Below, in pieces: positions 49,501 to 58,600 of a DNA stretch of 64,000 nucleotides; the first letter of the stretch is position 1, and every line of letters begins with the position of its first letter. The stretch lies in NCBI GenBank assembly GCA_022844165.1, contig JALHMH010000010.1:58357-122356 (forward strand). The letters run 5' to 3'. The translations under genes and the position numbers were made by a program. The stretch is from Lysobacterales bacterium (GTDB lineage: Bacteria > Pseudomonadota > Gammaproteobacteria > Xanthomonadales > SZUA-5). The notes beneath the pieces are model-generated. The model was not told the origin of the DNA. It worked only from the letters and a program-made list of their open reading frames with translations, and made no database searches.

Positions 49501-51531
49501 ATCGATCTGAGCGGCACGCCCGGCAGTCAGATCGCAGTCCGCACCGACACAGGGCCGGTACCGCGCCGTGTGCGAGGTGCAGCGCTGTTTGGCGTTGGCT
49601 CGTCGATCGAGTTTTTTGGCGACGCTAAAGCAACCTTGTGGAGCCAAGATCGCTTTTACCTGATTGAGGCCGATGCCAGCAGCGCAGTCGAGATGGGGTT
49701 GGTAACACGTGCAGTCAGTTCTGGCTCGACTTCGAACTACACCGCGGAACTGACCTACGCTCCGCAGAATGCTTACAACGAAGTATCGCCAATCGGCGAT
49801 CCCTGGTATGCGGATCGATTGGTTTCGCAGGGCGGTCTGGCCAGCAAGACAATCAGTTTAAGTGGCCCGGCATCCATTGGGAATGCCGAACTCGACGTAC
49901 TTGTCTGGGGCGGTATCGACTGGCCAAGCCGTGGCGACGATCATTCGATTCGCGTGCGACTCAATGGTCAACTGGTTGCGTCCGAACGGTTCGACGGTTT
50001 AGCCAGCAAACGTATTCGAGTGCCGGTGACGTTGAGCGGCACGAACCACCAGATCGTGATTGAGGCGCCGGGCGATACCGGCCAACCGGCAGATATCATC
50101 CATATCGAATCTGCAACCTTGCGCTACACGGCCGCAGCGAGTGGTAACGGCAGTACGTTCTTCGGGCAGGCGCTGCAAGGTACGCGCAGTGACACGATTT
50201 TCCAGGATCGTACAGGTGACGGAATGGACGCTCCGATTGCGGGCGTGATCACCGTCAATAACGTCTCTGGTGCGGATTTGCGTGCGTACCGCATTGTCGG
50301 CGGCAGTGCAACTGAGTATCAGGTGAGCGGCAGCCCAGTGGCCGTGTATGCCGAAGGGTTTTCGGATGCCGCAGAACTATGGGTTGGGCCAGCGGCACAA
50401 TTGCGTGCTCCGCAATCCATCAGCGTTGCACCCGCTGCAACCAGTTTGTTCGGCGCATCTGCCGATTGGCTGGCGATCACGCATGGCATGTTCAGCAATG
50501 CGCTGAACGACCTGGCAAGCCGTCGTCAGAGCCAGGGACTCAGTACGAAGATTGTCAATGTTGAAGCGATTTACACACGCTACAGCGCGGGCAACCCGAG
50601 TCCTGTGGCCATTCAGCGCTACATCAAAGACGCACGAGCTCAACTGGGTACGGATTACGTCGTGCTGGTCGGTGCCGACACGACGGATGCGCCCGGGTAC
50701 GAAAACTCCGGATCGATCAGTTTTGTGCCCACGCCGTACGCCACGACCAGTATCTTTGTCCGCTACGCGCCTGCCGATCCGCTGATGGGCGATATCAACG
50801 GCGATGGCATGGCCGAAGTGGCGGTGGGACGACTGCCGGTACGCACACTCGCCGAGGTACAAGAAGCGGTTCGCAAGATATTGGCGTACGAAAATCAACC
50901 AGCAGCAAACCAAATGACGTTGGCAGCAGGTCCTGAAGACACCAGCGCGGTTTACCAAAACACGTTCGCGGAATCGAGCGAAGCGCTGGCAGCTGGATTG
51001 CCAAACGCCTGGACCATCAGTCGGGTTTATCAAGACGTTCTGGGATTGAACCCCGCCCGTCAAGCGCTGGTCGACGCATTCAATGCGGGCCGTAGTGTTG
51101 TGTCTTACGTTGGTCACTCAGGCCCAAGTCAATGGACCTTTGATCCGATGTTCGATATCAGCCAGGTACAAGGCACCAGTAGCGATCCGAACCGGCCTAA
51201 CCTGGCAAGCAGCGTAAACCAGCCGATCGTGCTGCAGTTCGCCTGCTGGACAACGTACTTCGTGTCGCCGACAGCCAATACCATGGCGCAGGCGCTCATG
51301 TTGACGCCAAACAGGGGCGCCAGTGCGATCGTAGGTGCAACCGTGCTGCTGGATCAGGCTTCGCACGACGCCATGATGGTGGCTGTATCTGACCGTTTGG
51401 TAGCGGGCGCGCGAATTGGCGACGTGGTCAATGCTGCCAAAGCGGAATTGAAAGCCCGTCCAGGCGGCGCTGGACCCGAGATTCTATTGGGCCAGGTCAT
51501 CCTGGGCGATCCAGCACAGCCGATTCGCTGA
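46594..51531 (+). CDS. Giant secreted protein: signal peptide, unknown N-region, glycine-run-rich region, C-terminal peptidase C25 (gingipain/PorU-like) domain, 1645 aa
   Basis: Signal peptide MVRLIAGLLGATACVLSSSAGA-Q. Poly-Gly blocks lie at about 47920-48960 (GGGGANGVNSSGGGGANAG, YFGGGGGAG, GGDGGGFVFVLARRI, GNGGGGGGGSVVV, GEGEGGGGGGGAGVVLV). The C-terminus (from about 50460) has the C25-type pattern GRSVVSYVGHSGPSQW (His codon 51114-51116) and QPIVLQFACWTTYF (Cys codon 51244-51246). Confidence 0.8.
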   Translation: MVRLIAGLLGATACVLSSSAGAQITIQDGAARVRYGDLSDAAYLTAGVPQTVLSKGLIPHLAGSQFSYRVAGDTREFSVVTDSPDQPTITPPGPTNTALIEYASTESALRNLFNVDIQDTVVESGATITYTRVATFENVSGVSQTLTVMGYADDVLNSGFNNVSATLLVPSNSIQLTKASSTLNFTGVGATAFEVTAFPDLIDSLEDAGITSFLDGGLPFLPTTAPPTNPGDWTGGFEWPAQVVAIGGTASYTMIFQLTAAPFGPGSDGSHIVNTAGTIVNAYAPLDSDLTAGTDRLFVPDVSALTLPVAACTGCERTLSNGDLLMIYQPQGASIDTTNTLNYGNVTDLGGAGRYEFVYVANVIDFAVGPDEIEFFPFDGTSSPGPGNGFSNPVCTGLRYDYTTTANAPAMVVRVPQYSFLRVEPGASVVAQDWNWDGSSAASLGGVLAVDVGGQTQSTGIIELGGAMSADGAGFRGGNDQTTGATSFTADFVSGSNAHGEKGESVVGTFAAYDALGGRFARGAPANGGGGANGVNSSGGGGANAGDPAAWTNGHGVLDPAFALNAWLLDPETRVGPGPFTVAPDNSGGGRGGYTWSNANQDALVVPPGDPSWVGDNRRVVGGLGGRPLSGVVAGDAYRRVYFGGGGGAGEVNNLNPRRGGDGGGFVFVLARRIEAFGPVNPRISANGANGQGSTAAPLDGNGGGGGGGSVVVTTSENHPLPATLEIQANGGAGGSHGVVNPNGEGEGGGGGGGAGVVLVSHSSAIESVAGGLRGVTLSTSLTEFPANGGTSGAAGEEGAAPDRDGPASPLVCLTGPDFTTPVTNAYFEAERLDRSKMRVRFDSASEVAHAGFFVLGSRRERLSGFIAASGRSGAEAKAYEVVIDDLGITELYLADIDVRGKETIRGPFEVGKRFGAAPTVVRYNWSEAQQQLSSYRAATRGMASGIAKIGVRERGMVRVTHEQLIAAGIDLSGTPGSQIAVRTDTGPVPRRVRGAALFGVGSSIEFFGDAKATLWSQDRFYLIEADASSAVEMGLVTRAVSSGSTSNYTAELTYAPQNAYNEVSPIGDPWYADRLVSQGGLASKTISLSGPASIGNAELDVLVWGGIDWPSRGDDHSIRVRLNGQLVASERFDGLASKRIRVPVTLSGTNHQIVIEAPGDTGQPADIIHIESATLRYTAAASGNGSTFFGQALQGTRSDTIFQDRTGDGMDAPIAGVITVNNVSGADLRAYRIVGGSATEYQVSGSPVAVYAEGFSDAAELWVGPAAQLRAPQSISVAPAATSLFGASADWLAITHGMFSNALNDLASRRQSQGLSTKIVNVEAIYTRYSAGNPSPVAIQRYIKDARAQLGTDYVVLVGADTTDAPGYENSGSISFVPTPYATTSIFVRYAPADPLMGDINGDGMAEVAVGRLPVRTLAEVQEAVRKILAYENQPAANQMTLAAGPEDTSAVYQNTFAESSEALAAGLPNAWTISRVYQDVLGLNPARQALVDAFNAGRSVVSYVGHSGPSQWTFDPMFDISQVQGTSSDPNRPNLASSVNQPIVLQFACWTTYFVSPTANTMAQALMLTPNRGASAIVGATVLLDQASHDAMMVAVSDRLVAGARIGDVVNAAKAELKARPGGAGPEILLGQVILGDPAQPIR

Positions 51532-51555
51532 CCGAATACGCTCAACCATTGCTCA

Positions 51556-51590
51556 CCGACGCCCGGCATCGCCGGGCGTCGGCGTTTTGG
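51556..51590 (+). terminator. Rho-independent terminator of the giant gene
   Basis: CCGACGCCCGGC-ATC-GCCGGGCGTCGG gives a perfect 12-bp GC stem with a 3-nt loop, followed by CGTTTTGG. It starts 25 nt after the stop. Confidence 0.8.
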
Positions 51591-51625
51591 GGCATAGTTC
51601 GGCCTTCGATGGCGCCGAATTTGCG

Positions 51626-52393
51626 ATGGGAACAATGCTCGACCGCTTGAAGCGAGCCTATGCGCGCAGAAACAACGCAGCTTTTTGGCGATGGAAGCTG
51701 GCGCAATGGACTGGTTCTCCGACCGCGGCTGTCTCGAATCCGTTGGCCGCTTACCCACTGATCGTGCGCACCCGAACGACGGACTGGTCTGTTTACCAGC
51801 AGATCTTCGAAGAGGTTGAGTATCAATGCCTACCTGGTGACTTGAGTCCAGTCGTGATCGTCGACCTTGGCGCCAATGTTGGGTACTCCTCTGCCTATTT
51901 CCTGACCAGGTACCCGGCCTGTTCCGTGATTGCCGTTGAGCCGGATGCGGACAATTTCGCCGCAATGGAACGGAACCTTCGCGCCTATGGTGCGCGGGTT
52001 CAAACGCTTCTGGCGGCGGCCTGGTCGTCGCCAGGGCGTCTGGCGTTGCGCACAGACGCATTCCGGGGTGGCGGCGCCTGGGCTCGACAAGTTCAGGCGG
52101 ACAACGATGGAAAAATCGAAGCGATCGATATTGACGCGCTGATGCAGCGCTATCGGTTGCCGAAGATCTCAATACTGAAAATGGACATCGAAGGCGCCGA
52201 GGTTGAGGTCTTCAAAGGGTCGTTGGACTGGCTCGATCGCGTTGACGTGCTAGTGGCAGAACTGCACGACGACAGTAGCTTCGGACCCGCAAGTCCGACG
52301 GTCATCCCGGAGATGCACCGGCGTGGGTTTCGGTCCTGGACTCACGGCGAGTTGATCGTATTTCGTCGCCCCAAGGTCAGCGATAGCCGTTAG
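51626..52393 (+). CDS. FkbM-family methyltransferase (fourth copy, stand-alone), 255 aa
   Basis: VIVDLGANVGYSSAYF and ILKMDIEGAEVEVFKG motifs. The start is placed after the terminator, because the track start at 51587 lies inside the terminator U-tract. Confidence 0.75.
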   Translation: MGTMLDRLKRAYARRNNAAFWRWKLAQWTGSPTAAVSNPLAAYPLIVRTRTTDWSVYQQIFEEVEYQCLPGDLSPVVIVDLGANVGYSSAYFLTRYPACSVIAVEPDADNFAAMERNLRAYGARVQTLLAAAWSSPGRLALRTDAFRGGGAWARQVQADNDGKIEAIDIDALMQRYRLPKISILKMDIEGAEVEVFKGSLDWLDRVDVLVAELHDDSSFGPASPTVIPEMHRRGFRSWTHGELIVFRRPKVSDSR

Positions 52394-52544
52394 TGGTCAT
52401 TGGCGATGCTGTTGAGCAGAACCCACATCGCCGGGCGGACTGAAGCGAAGTTACGCTGATCTTGGCAGGCAAACGACGAGTTCAGCCTCGGCGCACAGTC
52501 TTCAGCCTTGATAGACTCGCAGGCTTTGCACTGAGCCAATCCCT

Positions 52545-53640
52545 ATGGAAACCAGCCCACTCGCCGCCAAACTTGTTGACCTGCGCCAGCGTGTTGAAGC
52601 GCTCAGGGGGTTTCTTTGACTTCGAGAACAAAAAGGACCGCCTTGACGAAGTCAGCCGGGAACTTGAAGACCCGTTGATTTGGAACAACCCGGAGAAGGC
52701 CCAGGAGTTGGGTCGCGAGCGCGCCCGCTTAGAGTCGACGGTCCGTGAGCTCACTGAGTTGCTGCAAGGCGCGACAGATGGTCAAGAATTGCTGCAAATG
52801 ATCATTGCCGAAGACGATGCTGTTTCATTCAGGCAGCTCGAAGCCGATGCGCTCAGCCTGGAGGTGCGGATCGCGCGCATCGAGTTTCAACGCATGTTTG
52901 GCAATCCAATGGATCCAAATCCGGCCTATGTCGACATTCAGGCTGGCGCTGGCGGTACCGAAGCGCAAGATTGGGCCGAAATGCTGCTGCGCATGTACCT
53001 GCGTTGGTGCGAGCGCAAAGGGTTCAAGACCGAACTCCTGGAAGTGAGCGCTGGCGACGTGGCTGGGATCAAGAGCGCGAGCCTGCGTGTCGAAGGCGAC
53101 TATGCGTTCGGCTGGCTGCGCACCGAGATCGGCGTGCATCGACTGGTGCGCATTTCGCCATTTGATTCCAACAAGCGGCGCCACACGTCGTTCGCGTCGG
53201 TGTTCGTGGCGCCCGAAGTCGACGACAACATCGAGATCGATATCAATCCGGCGGATCTGAAAACCGACGTGTATCGATCCAGCGGCGCAGGCGGGCAGCA
53301 CGTCAACAAGACCGAGTCCGCCGTGCGCATCACGCATGTGCCGAGCGGCGTAGTGGTGGCCTGTCAGACCGAGCGCAGCCAGCACAACAACCGCGACCGA
53401 GCGATGAAGATGCTCAAAGCCAAGCTCTACGAGATCGAAGTTCAGAAGCGTAACGCCGAGAAGGACCGACTCGAAGCGACCAAATCGGACATCGGCTGGG
53501 GCCACCAGATTCGCTCGTATGTGCTTGACGATGCACGGATCAAAGACCTGCGTACCGGCGTCGAGCGTCGCGATACGCAGACGGTGCTTGACGGCGATCT
53601 CGACGACTACGTTGAAGCAAGCTTGAAGCAGGGGCTCTGA
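52545..53640 (+). CDS. prfB: Peptide chain release factor 2, expressed by programmed +1 frameshift: join(52545..52616,52618..53640), 364 aa
   Basis: Frame 0 reads [24 protein letters not shown] then TGA. The +1 frame continues [12 protein letters not shown]... with the RF2 SPF motif (RISPFDS) and GGQ (SGAGGQHVN). The first 52 residues of track ORF 52462.. are spurious. Confidence 0.93.
52605..52620 (+). promoter_or_regulatory. prfB +1 frameshift site (internal SD + CTT TGA C slippery/stop)
   Basis: AGGGGG TTT CTT TGA C, compared with the E. coli paradigm AGGGGG TAT CTT TGA C. Confidence 0.9.
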
Positions 53641-53700
53641 TGCCGCTCGCTGTTCTATCCGGCGACGCAGGTCTTTTCGTTTGGGGGTTCCGTTGAATCG

Positions 53701-53914
53701 AGAGCGAGGGCACGAGGGCACGAGGGCACGAGGGCACGCGCTTGGTTCGAGGTGTCTGGCGTCCTTCCCGAATAGAACTTCGTCTTGGTTTGTTCGTCAG
53801 CCACCGAGGCGTTCATTGACTCATACCGTCGATGAGTGTCCGCGTCGCATTTCCCTCAATGACCTCGAACGAAGCACGTACCCTCGTGCCCTCGTGCTCT
53901 CGTGCCCTCGCTCT
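53701..53914. repeat. Composite inverted repeat (MITE/REP-like): 53-nt arms made of tandem octamers, 108-nt spacer
   Basis: The left arm (53701-53753) contains (CGAGGGCA)x4. The right arm (53862-53914) is its reverse complement, (GTGCCCTC)-type x4. By manual alignment 49 of 53 positions are complementary. It lies in the prfB-lysS spacer. Confidence 0.75.
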
Positions 53915-54036
53915 TCACGCCAATTTGTTCTGATGTCAACGGCTGAAGCCGCGTCTGGCGTCTCGGTGCGAGGCTTGTTGCAATTCCCTTCGTCACTCCT
54001 CCACCCGCCACCGACCACCGACCAAAGCGTCGCGCC

Positions 54037-55551
54037 ATGGCGCGACCTAAAGACGATATGACCGACGACAACCACATCATTGCTGAGCGCCGCGCCAAGC
54101 TCGCTCGTTTGCGCGAGGCCGGCGTTGCCTTTCCGAACGACTTTTCGCCGACCGAGCTTGCAGCCGTACTGCAATCCGAATACGCGGACAAAGAGCGCTG
54201 GGATTCGGCGGCGTTAGACGCATTGGATCGCTCGGTCATGATTGCAGGCCGGCTGATGGCTAAGCGCGTGATGGGCAAAGCCGCATTCGCAACACTCAAG
54301 GATCGCTCGGGCCAGACGATTCAGGTGTTCTTGCAGCAGGCCACGCTGGGCGATACTTACGAGGCGTTCAAGGGTTACGACATCGGCGACATCGTCGGGG
54401 CGGGTGGACCGCTGATGCGCACCAAGACCGGCGAGCTGAGTGTGCGTGCAGCGACGCTGCGACTACTGACGAAATCGCTGAGGCCCTTGCCCGACAAGTG
54501 GCACGGACTTGCCGACACCGAAGTGCGGTATCGCCAGCGTTATGTGGACTTGATCGTCAACGACGAAGTGCGCCAGACCTTCGTGATGCGCTCGCACATT
54601 GTGCGTTTCATCCGCCAGTTTCTGGAGCGCCCGGAATACGGATTTCTGGAAGTCGAGACGCCGATGATGCACCACATCCCCGGCGGCGCTACGGCGCGCC
54701 CGTTCGTCACGCATCACAATGCGCTGGATTTGCAGTTGTACCTGCGGGTCGCGCCTGAGCTGCATTTGAAGCGACTGGTCGTCGGCGGCCTTGAGCGGGT
54801 CTACGAAATCAACCGCAATTTTCGCAACGAGGGCGTCAGCACGCGGCACAATCCTGAGTTCACGATGCTCGAGTTCTATTGGGCGTATGCGACATTCGTC
54901 GATCTGATGGACCTGACAGAGCGACTGTTGCGCGAGCTCGTATCCGAGGTTTGTGGCAGTGAACGAATCGACTATCAAGGGCAATCGATCGATTTCGGAG
55001 TACCGTTCGCAAGATTATCGATGACCGACGCGGTGTGCCAGCAAAACCCGCAAATCGCACGGGCCGACTGTCGCAACGCTGACGCGCTCCGCATGCACTG
55101 TCAGCAATTGAAGATTCACGTGAAAGCCGATTGGGGCTGGGGTCGATTGTTGCAGGAGATTTTTGAGGCGACTGTTGAAAGCACGCTGACGCAGCCTACC
55201 TTCATCACACACTATCCAGCAGAAACCTCGCCGCTGTCTCGTCGCAACGACGTTGATAACGAAGTGACCGATCGGTTTGAGTTGTTTATCGTCTCTCGCG
55301 AGTTGGCGAATGGCTTTTCGGAACTGAACGATCCGGAGGATCAGGCAGAGCGATTCATTGCGCAGGTGCAGGCCAAAGATTCTGGCGACGCAGAGGCGAT
55401 GCACTACGACGCCGACTACATACGCGCGTTGGAGTACGGCATGCCGCCGACTGCGGGCGAGGGGATCGGTATCGACCGTCTTGCGATGCTGCTGACCAAT
55501 ACAGCATCGATCCGCGACGTCCTGTTTTTCCCTTACCTGCGGCCCGAATAG
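54037..55551 (+). CDS. lysS: Lysine--tRNA ligase (class II), 504 aa
   Basis: [24 protein letters not shown]-terminus. Class II motifs [22 protein letters not shown]-type and [12 protein letters not shown]. Conserved prfB-lysS synteny. Alternative start ATG 54058. Confidence 0.92.
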   Translation: MARPKDDMTDDNHIIAERRAKLARLREAGVAFPNDFSPTELAAVLQSEYADKERWDSAALDALDRSVMIAGRLMAKRVMGKAAFATLKDRSGQTIQVFLQQATLGDTYEAFKGYDIGDIVGAGGPLMRTKTGELSVRAATLRLLTKSLRPLPDKWHGLADTEVRYRQRYVDLIVNDEVRQTFVMRSHIVRFIRQFLERPEYGFLEVETPMMHHIPGGATARPFVTHHNALDLQLYLRVAPELHLKRLVVGGLERVYEINRNFRNEGVSTRHNPEFTMLEFYWAYATFVDLMDLTERLLRELVSEVCGSERIDYQGQSIDFGVPFARLSMTDAVCQQNPQIARADCRNADALRMHCQQLKIHVKADWGWGRLLQEIFEATVESTLTQPTFITHYPAETSPLSRRNDVDNEVTDRFELFIVSRELANGFSELNDPEDQAERFIAQVQAKDSGDAEAMHYDADYIRALEYGMPPTAGEGIGIDRLAMLLTNTASIRDVLFFPYLRPE

Positions 55552-55643
55552 GCCTGATCGCATCTGGCCTGCGCGTTAGCCCTGCGCGCGATGTGCTCCA
55601 ACCGCCGCAGAATCTCCCGTATCGGGTCGCCACAGCTTCTCGC

Positions 55644-58600
55644 CTAATGGGTGTCCGCAGAATCGCGCGTCCGCAGAATCGCGCGCGGTGCAAGCGCCGT
55701 ATATCGTCGCAGCCAGGCCTGCTGCCAGTTGAAGACGGTCAGCAACAGCGCGGGCAAAAATACCAACGTAACGATGGTCGAGTACACGAGACCGAAGAGC
55801 ACCACGGAACCGAGGCCGCGATAAAGCTCGGTGCCGGCGCCCGGAATCAGCACCAGCGGGGCCAGACCACAAACGGTTGTCAGCGTAGACATCAAGATCG
55901 GTCGCAGGCGCGAGGCAACCGCACCGTGCACCGCATCTGCCGCGCTTTCAGCGCCCTCGGCCAGGCGTTGGTAGGTCTCGTCGACGATCAGGATCGGATT
56001 GTTGACGACTGTGCCAAGCAACACCAGAAATCCGAGCAGTGTGATCATGTCGAGAGGTTGCGAGATTGCGGCCAAACCGATCAGCGGCAGCGCACCGCCG
56101 ACAGCGTTCAGCAGCTGCAGCCCAAGAATGCCGCCTGCAACGCCGAGTGGTACGGTGGCCATGACCAACAGCGGCCGTCCCCAATGGCGGAAGACCGCCA
56201 CGAGCAGCAGATAGCACAACAACACGGCCAACGCGAAGTTTCCAGCGACCGCAGCTCGAGTGGCTTCCAACTGATCGCTGGCTCCGGAGAAAGCCATGGA
56301 AACGCCTTGCGGGATCTCGCCAGCGCGGCGCATCGCCTCGACCAGCTCGCTGCGCACACGTTCGACGCCAGCTTGTAGCGCTACGCTGCGCGGCGGCACG
56401 ATGCTGATCGTCACGGTACGCTGGCCATCGATCCGCCGCACGTTTTCGGTGTCAGCCGTTTCCACCAGATCGGCCAGAGCGCCGATCGGCAGCACGTTCC
56501 CGTTCGGCGTCGCCAGCGGCAGATCGCGCAGGCGTTCGAGTTGCTGGGCGGCGTCGGTGTTGCCATAGAGGAAGATGTCGACTTTGTCGTCGCCGACGAT
56601 CAATTCGTCGACAAACGCACCGTCGCTGAGGGCGGCCACCGAGTAGCCGAAGCTTCCGGCGTCGAAGCCAACCTCGGCCAGGCGCTCCCAGCGCGGGTGC
56701 AGTTCCACCAGGGGTTGATTCAGGTTCAGCGTGGCCGGTTCAGAGGCGACACGCGCACCCTCGAACATGCTCTCTGCGCGGCGCAGCACACGCGCGCCGA
56801 CCTCGAACAGTTGCTGCAGATCGGTTCCAGCGATATCGAGGTTGATGCTCCGCGAACCGCCGTCGTTACTGGAGATGATCGAGCCGCGCGCGGAGAACGC
56901 GCGCATGCCGGGGAAGGCACGAAAACGCGCATCGAGGGCATCCATCAGCGCATCGATGTGTGCGGGATCCTTGGGTTCGCCGATCATGCGCAAGCCACCG
57001 GGGCTGACGCTCAAATTGTAGTAGGCAAGTGCCGGCATATCGGTCTCGCCGCGTGCGAAGCGCTCCGGCGGATCCTGCAAGTGCGGTTTCAGGTCATCCA
57101 TGATTTGCCACGCGATGGCCGTCATTTCGGTCAGGTTGTATCCCGGCGGCGCGATCATCCGCGAGAACGTCTTCGGCTCCTCGCCCTCCGGCAAATACTC
57201 CGCCGACGGCGTCAGAAACAGCACCACCGCAGCCGTCGTCAAAACGGTACCGAGCAACACGCCTGTGCGCCGGGACGCAGTGCAATGCAATGTCGCCAGC
57301 GACGCACCGACGCGCGCAAACCACGCTGCACCCGGCGCTTTGGACTGCTCAGAGATTCCCAGGCCACGATGTCCTACCATCGTCGGGACAACGTACAACG
57401 CGACCGCCATGGACGCCAAAATCGACGCCGAAATCGCAATCGCGATGTCCGAATAGAGTTGTCCGGCTTCCTCCACGATGAAAAGAATCGGCGCGAACAC
57501 GAGCATCGTGGTCATGGTCGACGCCAACACCGCCGCCCAGACGCGACGCACGCCGGCAACCGCGGCTGGAAAGCGCGCCAGACCTCGGCGCCGCGCCTGA
57601 TCGATACTCTCAAGCACCACAATCGTATTGTCGACAGTCATGCCGATCGCAAAAGCAACGCCAGCGAGCGAAATCACATTCAAGGTGCGCCCGGCGAGCA
57701 ACAAGCCGACGAATGCCGCTACCGTGCAGATCGGGATGGCAATGACGCCGGTGAGCGTGGCCCGGCCCGAGCGCAAGAACAGATACATCATCAGCGTCGC
57801 GAGGACCGCGCCCAGCGCCAGATTGCTCCAGACGTTGGCAACCGAATCTTCAACATAGCGCACGTCATCGGAACTGACGATCACCTCCAATCCCAGCGCT
57901 GCCAACTGATCGCGATTGACCGCGTCGATCGCAGGGAGCAACGCGCGCTTGGTGGCGATGACATTCGACCCTGGCGTGCGTTGAATCGATAGCGACAGTG
58001 CAGGCTGCCCATTGTAGAAACTCACCTCGCGCCGTTCGTAGTGATCCAGGCGGACCTGCGCCACATCGGACAGGCGCACCAGCGTGCCGCCGCGTTCGGC
58101 CACGATCAGCGAGCGGATGTCGTCAAGATCGTCGAACCGCCCCACGGTGCGTAGCAAGTAACGACGCTTGCCGCTGTCCAGATCGCCGCCGGAACTGTCG
58201 CGATTGCGCGCACGCAAAGCATCACGCAGTTGCGTCAAGCGCAAGCCGCGCTCGGCGAGCAGCGTGGGATCGACCTCGATACGCACTTGCCGTTCAGGGC
58301 CACCGCCGACGTTGACGCGGGCCACGCCCGCGACACGCTCCAGGCGCGGCCGCACGTAGCGTTCCAGATGGTCGCGCAACATGTCGAGATCCAACTCGAT
58401 GGGGCTGTCGGCGCGCGGAGCGACACGCAAGTGCATAAACGCGTTGTCGGAGAATGAACTGGCCGACAGGCTCGGCTCGTCGACGTTCTCCGGATAACCC
58501 GAAACCTGGCTCAATGCGTTACTGGTTTGAATGAGCGCCTGGTTGATATCAACGCCAAAAGGAAATTCAAGTCGGATCGTGGCCCGACCAGTGCTTGCGC

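Noticed and set aside
53701-53914. Possible CRISPR array suggested by short direct repeats
   Set aside because: The repeat units are 8 bp, directly abutting with no spacers, and arranged as two inverted blocks. No cas genes are present in the window.
53681-54299. ORFs crossing the prfB-lysS spacer (53681-54061 +, 53821-54174 -, 53856-54299 -)
   Set aside because: Their repetitive peptides (for example RERGHEGTRARGH, and TRARGHEGT on the other strand) are simply translations of the tandem octamer arms of the inverted repeat. They show no start context or protein-like composition.
55593-57992. Long + strand ORFs (55593-56378, 261 aa; 56541-57992, 483 aa) opposite the RND permease
   Set aside because: They have extreme Arg/His/Gln/Asp low-complexity composition and lie antisense to a 1066-aa gene with a clear AcrB-type organisation.
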